Numbered from the stretch's first letter, positions 30,500 to 42,164 are shown. The stretch: 64,000 nt of DNA from Gemmatimonadales bacterium (GCA_038321865.1 JBBQFH010000001.1:64001-128000), one strand, 5' to 3'. The notes: generated from the sequence alone by a model not told the origin. Translations and numbers: made by a program.

Positions 30500-31967
30500 G
30501 CACCAGCTCGGTGCAGAGTCGCACCCCGACGCCGGTCGGCCCCTTCACGCGGGACGGATCGTCCCGGTCGCTGTAGGCCGTGCCCGCGATATCCAGATGC
30601 GCCCAGGGAAACTCGTCGGCGAACTCCCGGAGAAACCAGCCCGCCGAGATGCTGCCGGCCGGCCGCCCGCCGCTGTTCTTCATGTCGGCAATGTCGGACT
30701 TGATGAGCTCACGGAACTCGTCCCAGAGCGGCAGGGGCCAGACGCGCTCTCCAGCCCGCTCGCCGGCGGCGCGGATCGATTCGATGAGCTTCTCGTCGGT
30801 GCCCATGACCCCGCTCGCGGTGTGCCCGAGCGCGATGACGATGGCACCCGTCAGCGTGGCGAGATCCACGACGCAGGCGGGCGCGTAGCGCCGCGCGTAC
30901 GACAGGGCGTCGCAGAGGATCAGCCTGCCTTCGGCATCGGTGTTGATGATCTCGATCGTCTTGCCGAGGTGGCTCTTGATCACGTCGCCCGGCTTCATGG
31001 CGGTGCCGGAGGGCATGTTCTCGGTGCTGGGAATGAGGCCGATGACGTGCACCTTGGGCCGCAGGCGGCCCAGCGCCTCGAAGGTGCCGAGCACGGCGGC
31101 GGCACCGGACATGTCGTACTTCATGTCTTCCATGTTCTGCGCCGGCTTGATGGAAATGCCGCCCGTGTCGAAGGTCACTCCCTTGCCCACGAGCACGATG
31201 GGCGCCCCGGGTGCCCCCTTGTATTCGAGCACGATGAACCGCGGGTCCTCCGCGCTTCCCTGGGCGACCGCCATCAGCGTGCGCATCCCTTCGGCGATGA
31301 TGGCCGCCTTGTCGAGGATGGTCACGGCGATCCCGTGGCGCTTCCCGATCTCGACGGCGATCCCCGCGAGATAGCTTGGTGTGCAGACGTTGCTCGGCAG
31401 GACCTGCACCCCGCGCGCGAGCGACTGTCCTGCAGCGAGCGCGGCTCCGACCCGATGTCCACGTTCGAGCGCGGCCTGATCCTCCGGCGCCAGGACGTCC
31501 ACGTGCTCGAGGATCGCTCGCTTGTCCTCCGGCGGGAGCTTCATGTCCGTGAAAAACCACGCGCCCTGGCCCAGGCCCTCGGCGATCGACTGGCCCGCGT
31601 CCACCGCCGCCACGCCGCCACGCGAGTCCGCGCCTAGATGGATCGCGGCGGCCGCCACGCCGATGGTCCGGGCCCGCTTGGCGCCGATGGCGGCAGCGCG
31701 ACGGATGCTGCCCCGATCCACGTCGGCCGGCTTGCCGAGGCCTACGAGCAGCACCCGGGCTGCAGGGCCCCCGGGATAGAGCAGCGCAGTCTCATCCTTC
31801 TTGCCCGTGAAATCACCGGACGCGAGCAGACGCCCGATTGCGCCGCCGCATGCGGTGTCTACCGCACCGATTGACGCCGGCATTGGTCCCTGCGGGACGG
31901 GGAGGACGAGCAACGGCGTGGCGAACGCGGCTGGGGCATCCGGGCGGACCGCACTGTCGAACGGCAT
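30483..31967 (-). CDS. pepA: M17 leucyl aminopeptidase
   Basis: GKGVTFDTGG, MKYDMSG, NTDAEGRL, ATLTGA, HLDIAGT. Confidence 0.96.
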   Translation of the reverse strand: MPFDSAVRPDAPAAFATPLLVLPVPQGPMPASIGAVDTACGGAIGRLLASGDFTGKKDETALLYPGGPAARVLLVGLGKPADVDRGSIRRAAAIGAKRARTIGVAAAAIHLGADSRGGVAAVDAGQSIAEGLGQGAWFFTDMKLPPEDKRAILEHVDVLAPEDQAALERGHRVGAALAAGQSLARGVQVLPSNVCTPSYLAGIAVEIGKRHGIAVTILDKAAIIAEGMRTLMAVAQGSAEDPRFIVLEYKGAPGAPIVLVGKGVTFDTGGISIKPAQNMEDMKYDMSGAAAVLGTFEALGRLRPKVHVIGLIPSTENMPSGTAMKPGDVIKSHLGKTIEIINTDAEGRLILCDALSYARRYAPACVVDLATLTGAIVIALGHTASGVMGTDEKLIESIRAAGERAGERVWPLPLWDEFRELIKSDIADMKNSGGRPAGSISAGWFLREFADEFPWAHLDIAGTAYSDRDDPSRVKGPTGVGVRLCTELVLGRQG

Positions 31968-32014
31968 GGGAACTCGGCACGAGAGGGAAAAGACGAGCTG
32001 TGGAGCCGCAAAAG

Positions 32015-33233
<1,219 letters not shown>

Positions 33234-33241
<8 letters not shown>

Positions 33242-35177
33242 GCGGCTCGGCGGCCTCGCTGGCACGCTCCCAACGCGCGAAGGCGCGCTCCAGTCCGGCG
33301 CGCGCCGTCTCCAGATCAATGCCGACCCGGGTGGCCTCACGCGGCCCATCCGGCGTGGCGTAGAGCGCCGGATCCTCCAGTCGAATCCGCAGCGCTTCCA
33401 CCCGCGCCTCGGCCTCGGCCACCGCGGACTCGGCATCCGCGAGCTCGCGCCGGACGCTTCGCGCCGCCTGCTGCTCGTCCCTGCGGCGATCGTCCGCCGG
33501 CCGGGTCTGCTTCCGCTCGCGCACGCGCCGGGAAGACTCCTCCTCCGCCGCCGCGACCGACGCCGCATGGGCGCGCTCGACGCTCGCCGTCTCCCACTCT
33601 TCGAACGTACCCGGAAAGTCGGTGATATGACGATCGTGCAGCACCCACACCCGCGTGACCAGCGCACGGAGCAACGCGCGGTCGTGGCTGACGAGGACGA
33701 CGGTGCCGCCGTAATCCTCGAGCGCGTCCTCGAGCGCCTCGATCGACTCGACGTCCAGGTGATTGGTGGGCTCGTCGAACACCAGCAGGTTGGCGCCCTC
33801 GAGCATCATCATCGCGAGCGCCATGCGCGCCTGCTCTCCGCCGGAGAGCGACCCGGCGCGACGCAGAACCGAATCCCCGGAGAAGCCGAAGCGGCCCAGA
33901 TGTCCCTGCACCGGCCCGCGCCCCCAGGCCGGCCGCAGGTCACTGATGACCTCGTACAGGCTGGAGTCGGACGGAAGCTGCCCGAGATCCTGGCGGTAGT
34001 ACGCGATCCGGATCGACTCGGGAAGCCGCACCTCGCCGCCGTCGGCCGGGCGCTCCCCGACGAACGCCTTCAGCAGCGTGGACTTGCCGGTGCCGTTGGC
34101 GCCGACCAGCCCCACGATCTCCCCTCTTCCCACTCGAGCGCTGAACCCATCCAGCAACACGCGGTCGCCGAACGCGACGTGCACGTCTTCCGCCACGAGG
34201 ACCTGATCGCCGCCGCGCTCGGCTGCCTCGAACGCCACGGCCATCGTGCCATCGGCACCGGGCGGCGGACTCAGGCGGTCCACCCGGCTCAGCCGCCGCC
34301 GGCGCCCCTTTGCCTGACTGCTGTTGTGCCCGGCGATGTTGCGCCGGATGAAATCCTCCTCCGAGGCAATCACCTTCCGCTGCTTGTCGAAGGCGCGCTG
34401 CTGCGCCATCCGCCGCTCGGCGCGCTGTGCGATGAAGGCCGAGTATGCGCCCACATAGGGACTCGCCGTCTTGGCCTCCACGTGCAGCACATGGTCCACC
34501 ACGCGCTCGAGGAAGTCGCGATCGTGGCTGATCACGAGCACGGTCGCGTCGAGAGACTTGAGGTAGTCCTCGAGCCAGGTCGTCGTTTCGAGGTCCAGGT
34601 GGTTGGTGGGCTCGTCGAGCAGCAGGACGTCCGCCGGCGCGACGAGCTGGCGGATCAGGCCCACGCGCCCACGCTCACCGCCGCTGAGTGTGGTCAGCAG
34701 CCGGGTCCGGGCGTCCTCGGGATCGAACCCAAGCCCATGCAGCACCGCGTCGATGCGCGGGGTGATCGTGTACCCGCCCTCGTGCGAAAAGCGATCGAGA
34801 TCGTGTGAATACCGCGCGAGCATCTCCGGCGTGCAGGCATCGCCGGCCACACCGAGGGCGGTCGCCTGCTCCGCCAGCGACTGCTCCAGCGCCAGCAGCT
34901 CGGCGAAGGGGCCGGCGGCCGCCTCCCAGACGGTCAGCGCGTCGCCAAAATCGCGGTGCTGCTCCAGCACCGAGACCCGGGAGCCCGGCGCGCGCGCGAC
35001 CGTCCCGCGCGTCGGCTCCGACTCGCGAGTGATCAGGCGGAAGAGCGTCGTCTTGCCACTGCCGTTCCGCCCGATGATGCCCCAGCGCTCGCCTCGCGCC
35101 ACGGTGAACGTGACGTCGGACAGGAGAACGGTCGCACCGAACTCGACCGCCACTCCGGACATCGAAAGCTCCGTCAC
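33234..35177 (-). CDS. ABC-F family ribosome-associated ATPase with C-terminal coiled coil (Uup-like)
   Basis: Two NBDs (GRNGSGKT, GANGTGKS; LSGGE; DEPTNHLD x2), no TM domain. Confidence 0.93.
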
Positions 35178-35178
35178 A

Positions 35179-35526
35179 TCATTTCCCCAGCCAGGTGCGC
35201 CACTCCGCCTCCGCTACGCCAATGGTAAGCCGCTGCTTCTGGCGCACCAGCGGCAGCCGAAGCAGCAGCGGCTCCTCCGCCAGCCGGTCCAGCCACCGGT
35301 CGTCGCTCAGCCGCGCGGCGCCCAGTCCAAGCTCGGCGAACCGCCGCGCGTCGCGGTCGAGCAGCGCCGCCACCCCGAACTTTTGCGCGAATCGGCGCAG
35401 CTCAGCCGGCGACGCAGGCCGTTCGTCGAGATCGACAAAGTGCGTCTTCACACGGCGCTCCGCGAAGAATCTCAGGGCCTTCCGGGTCTCCGAGCTCTTT
35501 TTCGTGCCGAAGATCTGGACGTCCAT
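35179..35526 (-). CDS. ArsC/Spx-like thioredoxin-fold protein
   Basis: TRKALRFF.ER, P.LLR.PLVR; no N-terminal Cys. Confidence 0.75.
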   Translation of the reverse strand: MDVQIFGTKKSSETRKALRFFAERRVKTHFVDLDERPASPAELRRFAQKFGVAALLDRDARRFAELGLGAARLSDDRWLDRLAEEPLLLRLPLVRQKQRLTIGVAEAEWRTWLGK

Positions 35527-35535
35527 CGCGACAAT

Positions 35536-36345
35536 CTAGCGCAGCGTGGAGGGGACGACCGCGTCGCCGATGTGCACCGTGCCCCGCGTGAGGTGCACCG
35601 CGTTCTGCCCGAAGAGCGCACCCCCGGCGCCGCGGCGGTAGCCCGCCAGCGTCCGGAGCGGTTCGCTGCCGGTGCCGGCGGTCTCCTGGTCGATCGTCGT
35701 GACGACGCAGCGGGCACATGCCTTTGCCAGCGCCAGCCGTTCGGACCCGATCACGACGGTGTGCCAGGTGTCCTCGGCGTACGGCGGCACGCCCGCGACC
35801 ACCAGGTTCGGGCGGAACCGGGTCATGGGGACCGCGACGGCCAGTCGGGCGTTCAGATCGGACAGCGAAGCTTCGGAGAGGATCAGAAATGGAAAGGCGT
35901 CGGCGAAGCTGACGCGTCCGCCCGGCTCAGCGCGGGACGGCTCGATCGGCCGCCGCGACTCCTCCGGCATCCGGACGAGGTGAAGTGGCGCGCCGAGCAA
36001 AGTGGTCCACCAGCGGTTGGCTTCGGGGCCGCAGGGCTCCGCGATCACCTCATCCCGCCAGACGGTCACGGGGAGGCGGCGTGGATCGCCGCCGGTGACA
36101 GGGACCTCCAGTGGTGAAACGCCGGGTGCGTCGAGGCGCAGCATCGCGGCGGTCAGCGTCGGACGAACCAGCGCCAGCCGCGGATAGTCGCGCTGGGTGA
36201 TCACCCGGCCGCCGGCATCCACCACGGCCCAGCGGCGATCGTGCTGCAGGCCGAACTCATCGAGGTCCCACGCCTGCGGCCGGATCGCCCCCGCACCCTT
36301 CACCGGGTACACGAACAGCCCGGCGAGACGCGCGTCGCCGGTCAA
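35536..36345 (-). CDS. MOSC domain protein (YcbX/mARC-like)
   Basis: YPVKG, DRRW, FAD.FP.L, RFRPNLVV, C.RC. Confidence 0.9.
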   Translation of the reverse strand: MTGDARLAGLFVYPVKGAGAIRPQAWDLDEFGLQHDRRWAVVDAGGRVITQRDYPRLALVRPTLTAAMLRLDAPGVSPLEVPVTGGDPRRLPVTVWRDEVIAEPCGPEANRWWTTLLGAPLHLVRMPEESRRPIEPSRAEPGGRVSFADAFPFLILSEASLSDLNARLAVAVPMTRFRPNLVVAGVPPYAEDTWHTVVIGSERLALAKACARCVVTTIDQETAGTGSEPLRTLAGYRRGAGGALFGQNAVHLTRGTVHIGDAVVPSTLR

Positions 36346-37715
36346 GCCGCGCCTGGCCTCCGGGGTCCGCCGCCGCGTCGTCCCTGTCCCGCGGGCGAAC
36401 CGGGACGCCCGGCGGGCGGCCTCCCACCCGCCGGGCGCGCGGGATGGGCCGGTCGGCTCGCGGGCTGCGAGCTCCCGTGCCCCGCCTTCCGTTCTGCCTT
36501 GGCCTTCGCGCGGGCCCGCTCCTCCGCCTTGCGCGCGCGGATGGCCGCGATGCGTTCACCGATCGGGACCTCGAAACGCTCCTGCGGCCGCTGGCGGTAG
36601 TCGAACTCCGGCACGGTCACACGCGGCAGCCGCTTTCCGATGGCTCGTTCGATCGCGCGGAGCTCGCCTTCCTCCTCCGGTGAGACGAACGTGAACGCGT
36701 CCCCGGTCGCTTCGGCGCGGGCGGTGCGGCCGACGCGATGGATGTAGTCCTCGGGGACGTTGGGCACGTCGAAATTCACCACGTGACCCAGCTCCTCGAT
36801 ATCGATTCCCCGGGCGACGATGTCCGTCGCGACCAGCACCTGCACCTTGCCGCTCTTGAATCCCGCCAGCGCCTCGGTGCGCTGGGCCTGCGAGCGGTTG
36901 CCGTGCATGCGGGCGTTCGGGATGCCGTGACGGTCGAGAAAGTCGGAAAGCCGGTTCGAGCGGTGCTTCGTGCGCGTGAATACGATCGCGTCCTTCACTT
37001 CCCCGCGCTTGAGCAGCTCCAGCAGCAGATGCGACTTGAGATCCTGGGCGACGGGATAAATCGCCTGGGTGATTCCGATCGCCGGCGCCGCCTTCCGCTC
37101 CAGATTGATCGTGGCGGGATTCCGGAGCATCTCACGCGTCAGCTCGAGGATCGGTGCCGGCATGGTCGCTGAGAAGAACAGCGTCTGGCGTTTCGCCGGC
37201 AGGTGCTTGAGCACGCGCCGGATGTCAGGCAGAAACCCCATGTCGAGCATGCGGTCGGCTTCATCGAGCACCAGAATCTCCAGCCCTTCGAGTTTCGCGT
37301 ACGGCTGGCGCAAATGGTCGAGCAGACGGCCCGGTGTCGCAATCAGGACGTCGACTCCGCTGCGGAACGCGTGCTCCTGCGGGCCCATGCCGACGCCGCC
37401 GAAGATCGCGGCACCGGAGAGCGGCGTGTGGACCGCGAGCTCGGAGAGGTGCTGGGCGATCTGGGCCGCGAGTTCGCGGGTCGGGGTCAACACCAGCGCG
37501 CGCGTCGTTCCGCGCTTCCTGGCCATCAGCCGCTGCAGGATCGGCAGCACGAACGCCGCGGTCTTGCCGCTGCCGGTCATCGCGCAGGCGAGAATGTCTC
37601 TCCCTTCGAGCGCGGGCGGCATCGCCTGCTCCTGGATCGGCGTCGGGCGGGTGAAGCCAAGCTCGCGCGTACCGCGAACCAGATCAGGATGAAGGCCGAA
37701 CGTGGAAAACGGCAT
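36342..37715 (-). CDS. DEAD-box RNA helicase (RhlE-like)
   Basis: Q motif, TGSGKT, PTRELA, DEAD, SAT, HRVGRTAR; basic tail. Confidence 0.96.
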   Translation of the reverse strand: MPFSTFGLHPDLVRGTRELGFTRPTPIQEQAMPPALEGRDILACAMTGSGKTAAFVLPILQRLMARKRGTTRALVLTPTRELAAQIAQHLSELAVHTPLSGAAIFGGVGMGPQEHAFRSGVDVLIATPGRLLDHLRQPYAKLEGLEILVLDEADRMLDMGFLPDIRRVLKHLPAKRQTLFFSATMPAPILELTREMLRNPATINLERKAAPAIGITQAIYPVAQDLKSHLLLELLKRGEVKDAIVFTRTKHRSNRLSDFLDRHGIPNARMHGNRSQAQRTEALAGFKSGKVQVLVATDIVARGIDIEELGHVVNFDVPNVPEDYIHRVGRTARAEATGDAFTFVSPEEEGELRAIERAIGKRLPRVTVPEFDYRQRPQERFEVPIGERIAAIRARKAEERARAKAKAERKAGHGSSQPASRPAHPARPAGGRPPAGRPGSPAGQGRRGGGPRRPGAA

Positions 37716-37761
37716 GCGGTGGTCGGAGCCTCGGCTGTGAGCTGATCGCGGTGCTGCGTGA

Positions 37762-37844
37762 TGCCCGAGACGAGAGTCGAACTCGTACGGGGTCGCCCCC
37801 GGCGGATTTTGAGTCCGCTGCGTCTGCCATTCCGCCACTCGGGC
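37762..37844 (-). tRNA. tRNA-Leu(CAA), CCA not encoded
   Basis: GCCCGAG/CTCGGGC acceptor stem, GGCGGAATGGCAGACGC D arm, GCGGA-CTCAAAA-TCCGC anticodon arm, long variable arm, GTTCGA T loop. Confidence 0.97.
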
Positions 37845-37857
37845 CCGGCGAGGCGTA

Positions 37858-37886
37858 AACCTACCGGCGGGGCGGGACGGAAACAA
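37858..37886 (-). promoter_or_regulatory. Probable sigma70 promoter of tRNA-Leu
   Basis: TTGTTT-17 nt-TAGGTT, 13 nt upstream of the tRNA. Confidence 0.55.
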
Positions 37887-37961
37887 CTCGATTGCAGCCG
37901 ATTAGGTTTCCGCTGCGCGCGCCGGCGGTCGGTGCGCCATTCCGCCATTCTCGAGGCCCCC

Positions 37962-38516
37962 GTGGCAGCTTCCTCCCGCTTCTTCCATCCGTGGCACGAC
38001 CTGCCCACCGGGCGCGACGTGCCTGAGGTCGTGACCGCCGTCATCGAGATCCCGACCAACGAGCGCAACAAGTACGAACTCGACAAGGAGAGCGGCATGT
38101 TTCGCCTCGACCGCGTGCTGCACAGCGCGGTGCATTACCCCGGTGATTACGGCTTTCTCCCCCGCACCCTCGGCGACGACGGCGATCCGCTCGACGTCCT
38201 CGTCCTGATGACGATCCCGGTGTTCACGGGTTGCCTCGTGGATGCGCGCCCGATCGGCCTGTTTCACCTGGTCGATCACGGCCAGGCCGACGAAAAGGTC
38301 CTGGCGGTCCCGGTCGGCGATCCCTATTCGGAGGGCCTGCACGACCTGGGCGATATCTCCCCGCATTATGTCCGGGAGATCGAGCACTTCTTTCAGGTTT
38401 ACAAGGATCTCGAGGGCAAGGATACGCAGACGCAGGGATTCGAAGGCGCAGAGGCCGCCAAGCGTGCGATCGAGCGGAGCATGGTCATGTACAAGGAAAA
38501 GTTCGGGACCGCCTGA
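37962..38516 (+). CDS. ppa: Family I inorganic pyrophosphatase
   Basis: HPWHD, EIP...NKYE.DK, YG..P.T...DGDPLD, DEK. Confidence 0.96.
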   Translation: MAASSRFFHPWHDLPTGRDVPEVVTAVIEIPTNERNKYELDKESGMFRLDRVLHSAVHYPGDYGFLPRTLGDDGDPLDVLVLMTIPVFTGCLVDARPIGLFHLVDHGQADEKVLAVPVGDPYSEGLHDLGDISPHYVREIEHFFQVYKDLEGKDTQTQGFEGAEAAKRAIERSMVMYKEKFGTA

Positions 38517-38540
38517 GCGGTCCCGAACCCATCCGGAGCG

Positions 38541-39071
38541 TCACGGGCGCCGTCGCTGCCTGAGCGGAGCTGGTGCGGCATCGCCGGTGATCTGCAGCCG
38601 CCGCTGCGCGCGGATCTCCTGGGCCAGCGTCAGCAGCCGCTCCCGCAGCATGAAGAACTGGGCGCGCTGCACCGGGTTCAGAAACCCCGCAAGCGCGTGC
38701 ATCTCGTCGCGGTAGGTCTGGACGTAGGCGCCCTTCACGTTGATCAACGCATCAGTCAGCCTTGACACGCTGTCCGGATTGGCGGCGATCCCCGGCCGGA
38801 GCTGGAACGCCATCGCCTGGCGCAGCCGACGCTCCTGCTCCTCCACGCCGCGGCGCTGCTCGCCGAACTGGCCCGCCGTCGCACGCAGGCGCTGCAGCTG
38901 CTCGTCCGTCAGGCCAAGCTCCTCCTTGGCTCTGGCCGCGAGGCGGTCTTCGATCTGCAGCCTGAGCTGTTCGGCCCGCTGCGGGTTCAGTCCATCGGCC
39001 CCGGGGTCCTGCGCCGACGCCCGCGAGGCAGCTCCCAGCACCAGCGCCACGGCCAGCAGCAGACGTCGCAT
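38541..39071 (-). CDS. Periplasmic Spy/CpxP-like helical protein
   Basis: Signal peptide, LGLTDEQ and LNPVQ (LTxxQ) motifs; third gene of ECF operon. Confidence 0.75.
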   Translation of the reverse strand: MRRLLLAVALVLGAASRASAQDPGADGLNPQRAEQLRLQIEDRLAARAKEELGLTDEQLQRLRATAGQFGEQRRGVEEQERRLRQAMAFQLRPGIAANPDSVSRLTDALINVKGAYVQTYRDEMHALAGFLNPVQRAQFFMLRERLLTLAQEIRAQRRLQITGDAAPAPLRQRRRP

Positions 39072-39586
39072 CAGACTCCCCCCGCGCGCAATACGCGCTC
39101 CAGTTCGTGATCGCTCAGGTCGCCGAGAGTCGGGGCGGCCACCGAGCTCCGCTCCGACAGTGGTCCATCGAACGCTTCCAGCACATCCGTGAGCTCGCCG
39201 GCGCTCAGCCGATCGAGTTCCGGTACCAGCAGCGCTGACTGCGCGGCCGCCGGCGCAACGCGACGGTCCGTCTGGTCCGGAGCACGCCCGGTCCAAACCA
39301 CCAGCGCGATTGCCGCCGCTGCGAGCAGCGTCGCCACGGCGGCGGCACCGGAGCCCGGCCTTGGGGCAGGCTCCGAACGCAGCCGGGCCATGACGCGGGC
39401 GCTGACGCGATCGGCGTCGAGCGCCGTACTGGCGCCCGTGCCGAGCGTCGACGCCGTCTGCACCAGCGCCCACTCCGCCCGGCAGTCGGGACACGCCTCG
39501 AGGTGAGCGAGTTCCTCGCCCGACCACTCGCTGCGCCCGGCCGCAACCGTCGGCATCCGATCGGAAAGGCCCGCACACTGGGTCAT
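39071..39586 (-). CDS. Zinc-binding (HxxxCxxC) membrane anti-sigma factor
   Basis: HLEACPDC plus one TM helix; overlaps sigma factor stop. Confidence 0.8.
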   Translation of the reverse strand: MTQCAGLSDRMPTVAAGRSEWSGEELAHLEACPDCRAEWALVQTASTLGTGASTALDADRVSARVMARLRSEPAPRPGSGAAAVATLLAAAAIALVVWTGRAPDQTDRRVAPAAAQSALLVPELDRLSAGELTDVLEAFDGPLSERSSVAAPTLGDLSDHELERVLRAGGV

Positions 39587-40131
39587 TGCATCAGCTCCTT
39601 GAGCTTCCTGACGGCATGATGGTAGTGCACCCGCGCCGCGCCCGGCGTGGTGCCGAGTGCGCTGGCGATTTCGGCGTATTCGGTTCCCCCCTGCACCCGC
39701 AGCAGAAAGACCTCGCGCTGCAGCCTCGGCAACCGTGCCAGCCCGTTCCGCATCCGTTCGTGCGCATCCGACGCTGCCAGATCACCCTCCGGATCGGCGT
39801 GGTCCGCGATATCACGATCTTCGATCGACAGGATCACCCTGCCCTTCCGGCGCCGATAGTCGTCCCTTAGGAGATTGCCGGCGATCGTGAACAGCCAGCT
39901 CCGGAAGGAAGCATCACCCCGCCACCCATCGAGTTTCCGGAAGGCCCGGAAGAACGTCTCCTGCACGAAGTCATCGATATCGCTGCGCCCGGCTCCGGCG
40001 CTGTAGAGAAACCTGGCCAGCGCCGCCCCATGCCGGGTGACGAGCTGCCGGGCGGCACGCTCGTCGCCAGCGCGATAGGCGCCGATCAGGAAGGCATCCG
40101 TTGGCTGCCCGGTCTCGGTCATCGCGCTCAT
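39583..40131 (-). CDS. ECF RNA polymerase sigma factor
   Basis: D.VQETF..AF, SFRSWLF.IA.N, LP..QREVF.LR, Y.EIA..LG. Confidence 0.93.
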   Translation of the reverse strand: MSAMTETGQPTDAFLIGAYRAGDERAARQLVTRHGAALARFLYSAGAGRSDIDDFVQETFFRAFRKLDGWRGDASFRSWLFTIAGNLLRDDYRRRKGRVILSIEDRDIADHADPEGDLAASDAHERMRNGLARLPRLQREVFLLRVQGGTEYAEIASALGTTPGAARVHYHHAVRKLKELMQ

Positions 40132-40141
40132 TCGGTGTGCA

Positions 40142-40165
40142 GACGACTCCGCGGCCGGCGCGTTA
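40142..40165 (-). promoter_or_regulatory. Putative autoregulatory ECF promoter
   Basis: TAAC-16 nt-CGTC ending 10 nt before ATG 40131. Confidence 0.55.
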
Positions 40166-40243
40166 AGCGGCGTGTTCCCCGGTGCAGGACCGGCTATAAT
40201 GCGCATTGAAGCGCTGTTCGGCCACCCGAGCCCCGGAACGCGC

Positions 40244-40927
40244 ATGCCGAATCCGCGAATCATCGCTCATCGAGGGGCGTCCGGCCACGACTACCAGAAC
40301 TCGCCGGCGGCGTTTTGCCGGGCCGTTGCGCTCAACGCCGACGGGATCGAGCTGGATGTCCACGGGACCGCCGACGGCGTGCTCGTGGTGCATCACGACT
40401 CGGTCCTGCCCGGGCTCGGCCCGATCGCGACGCTGCCGGCCGAACGCGTCCTCGGCTACCTCCTGCCGAACGGGGAAGCGCTCCCATCGCTCGCGGCCGC
40501 GCTCGAGCTGATCGGTGCGCTGGATGTATGGATCGAAGTGAAGGCGCTGGACCCGGCCCACGATGTCAAGCTGCTGCGTGTGCTGGATGAGGGTCCCGCC
40601 CCCACGCGCTACGCCGTCCACAGCTTCGATCACCGTCTCATCTCCCGCCTCGGCGGCCGGCGTCCTTCGCTGGTACGGGGGGCCCTGCTCGCATCGTACA
40701 GTCTCGATCCGCTGGCGCTGCTCGACTCGCTCGGCGCGGCGGTGCTCTGGCAGCAGTGGGACCTGATCGACGACGGGTTGGTGGACCGCCTGCACCGGGA
40801 GGGTCGGCGGATCGTCGCATGGACGGTGGACGAGCCGGTAGAGATCCGGCGGCTGGCCGCGCTGGGCGTGGACGGCATCTGCGCCAATCTGCCGGACCAG
40901 GCCCGTGCGGCGCTAACCGGCCCCTGA
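40244..40927 (+). CDS. Glycerophosphodiester phosphodiesterase
   Basis: IIAHRGASG, IELDVH, VVHHD, EVK, WTVD, GVDGI. Confidence 0.92.
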   Translation: MPNPRIIAHRGASGHDYQNSPAAFCRAVALNADGIELDVHGTADGVLVVHHDSVLPGLGPIATLPAERVLGYLLPNGEALPSLAAALELIGALDVWIEVKALDPAHDVKLLRVLDEGPAPTRYAVHSFDHRLISRLGGRRPSLVRGALLASYSLDPLALLDSLGAAVLWQQWDLIDDGLVDRLHREGRRIVAWTVDEPVEIRRLAALGVDGICANLPDQARAALTGP

Positions 40928-40934
40928 ACGTCAA

Positions 40935-40962
40935 GGCGCCCGGCAAACTGTTGCCGGGCGCC
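40935..40962. terminator. Hairpin between convergent genes (likely bidirectional terminator)
   Basis: Perfect 12-bp stem GGCGCCCGGCAA/TTGCCGGGCGCC with 4-nt loop. Confidence 0.7.
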
Positions 40963-40970
40963 CGTCTGCT

Positions 40971-41324
40971 CTACTCCGCCGGTCCCGATTGGGCCGTCGC
41001 CGGTTCGGCCGGCGAGGAAGGCGAAGGGTCCGCCTCTGCCGCTGCAGCCCCGGCACCCCGTGCTGCCGCCGCCTCCTGCTCGAACCTCGTGATCTGCCCT
41101 TCAAGGTCATCCAGGCGGAGCATCAGCGCGTCGATGCGCGCCGGCTCGGCCGCACCCGATCGTTCGCGACGGTAGACGAGGAGGCCGAGGTCTCGGGCCA
41201 CCACGTCGCGCTGGCGCTTGACGCGCACGAGCTCGATCTGGGACTTGCCTTCATCCAGGGCGGACTGCGCCCGCTTGCCGAACGCCTCCAGCTCCTGGTT
41301 CAGTCGATCGAACAGTGTTGACAT
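40971..41324 (-). CDS. Hypothetical coiled-coil protein
   Basis: AAGGAG SD; helical heptad pattern; upstream TTGATT-17-CAGATT. Confidence 0.75.
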   Translation of the reverse strand: MSTLFDRLNQELEAFGKRAQSALDEGKSQIELVRVKRQRDVVARDLGLLVYRRERSGAAEPARIDALMLRLDDLEGQITRFEQEAAAARGAGAAAAEADPSPSSPAEPATAQSGPAE

Positions 41325-41436
41325 CGCACAGACTCCTTCTCGAGGGAACGGTCGGGGACGGCTTCCTGACGAGCGCAGGGTCCCTGACGTTTCACCCTGC
41401 AATCTGACCGGCCTCGGTGGAGGAATCAACTCCCCG

Positions 41437-41470
41437 AAATACAAGAGGCGCCGGGAACACCCGGCGCCTC
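41437..41470 (-). terminator. Intrinsic terminator after rplU-rpmA
   Basis: 11-bp stem GAGGCGCCGGG/CCCGGCGCCTC plus TTGTATTT. Confidence 0.8.
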
Positions 41471-41492
41471 GATTACTTGAACCCCCGGGGTG

Positions 41493-41765
41493 TCAGCTGG
41501 CGGCGGCGGCGGCTGGCGGATAGACGGACACCTTCTGCCGGGTCTTGTCCTTGTGCTCGAACTTCACGACGCCGTCGACAAGCGCAAAGAGCGTGTCGTC
41601 ATTGGCCCGGCGAACGTTTTTCCCGGCATGAAATTTCGTTCCGCGCTGGCGCACGATGATGTTGCCCGCGATTACGACCTCGCCGCCGAACTTCTTGACG
41701 CCGAGGAACTGCGGATTGCTGTTGCGCCCGTTGCGGCTGGAGCCGACGCCCTTTTTATGTGCCAT
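41493..41765 (-). CDS. rpmA: 50S ribosomal protein bL27
   Basis: [22 protein letters not shown]. Confidence 0.98.
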   Translation of the reverse strand: MAHKKGVGSSRNGRNSNPQFLGVKKFGGEVVIAGNIIVRQRGTKFHAGKNVRRANDDTLFALVDGVVKFEHKDKTRQKVSVYPPAAAAAS

Positions 41766-41772
41766 GGTTCCC

Positions 41773-42087
41773 TCAACCGACCGTGACGTCGGTAATGCGG
41801 ACTTCGGTAAACTTCTGACGATGGCCGGTCTTTCGGCGATAGTTCTTGCGACGCTTGAACTTGAAGACGTAGATCTTCTTTTCCTTGCCGTCGCCCACCA
41901 CCTCGGCCTGGACCGAGGCGCCCGCCACCAGCGGCGCACCCGCGCGGATGGTCGTACCATCGGAGGACAGCAGCACTTCGTCGAAGGTGATCTTGGCGCC
42001 GGGATCCGCGTGCATCAGCGGAAGCCGGAGCGTCGCACCCTTCTCCGCCCGGAACTGCTTGCCCAACGCGCGAAAGATTGCGTACAT
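41773..42087 (-). CDS. rplU: 50S ribosomal protein bL21
   Basis: MYAI...GKQ, KRRKNY....GHRQ. Confidence 0.97.
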   Translation of the reverse strand: MYAIFRALGKQFRAEKGATLRLPLMHADPGAKITFDEVLLSSDGTTIRAGAPLVAGASVQAEVVGDGKEKKIYVFKFKRRKNYRRKTGHRQKFTEVRITDVTVG

Positions 42088-42127
42088 GGTGATCCGTAGC
42101 CTGAGTGAGTCTGAACGTCAGCCCTCA

Positions 42128-42156
42128 AACCTAAACAGCGGCATGCCTTAGAGCAA
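42128..42156 (-). promoter_or_regulatory. Probable sigma70 promoter of rplU-rpmA
   Basis: TTGCTC-17 nt-TAGGTT. Confidence 0.55.
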
Positions 42157-42164
42157 GGGCGGCG

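Noticed and set aside
37826..37947. 12-bp GCCATTCCGCCA present in the tRNA D-arm and again 110 bp away, suggesting an att site
   Set aside because: Too short, at the 5' half of the tRNA, and there is no integrase or foreign DNA
41325..41440. Possible 6S or other ncRNA between rpmA and the hypothetical gene
   Set aside because: Explained by a terminator, a promoter and a short leader; no 6S-like rod
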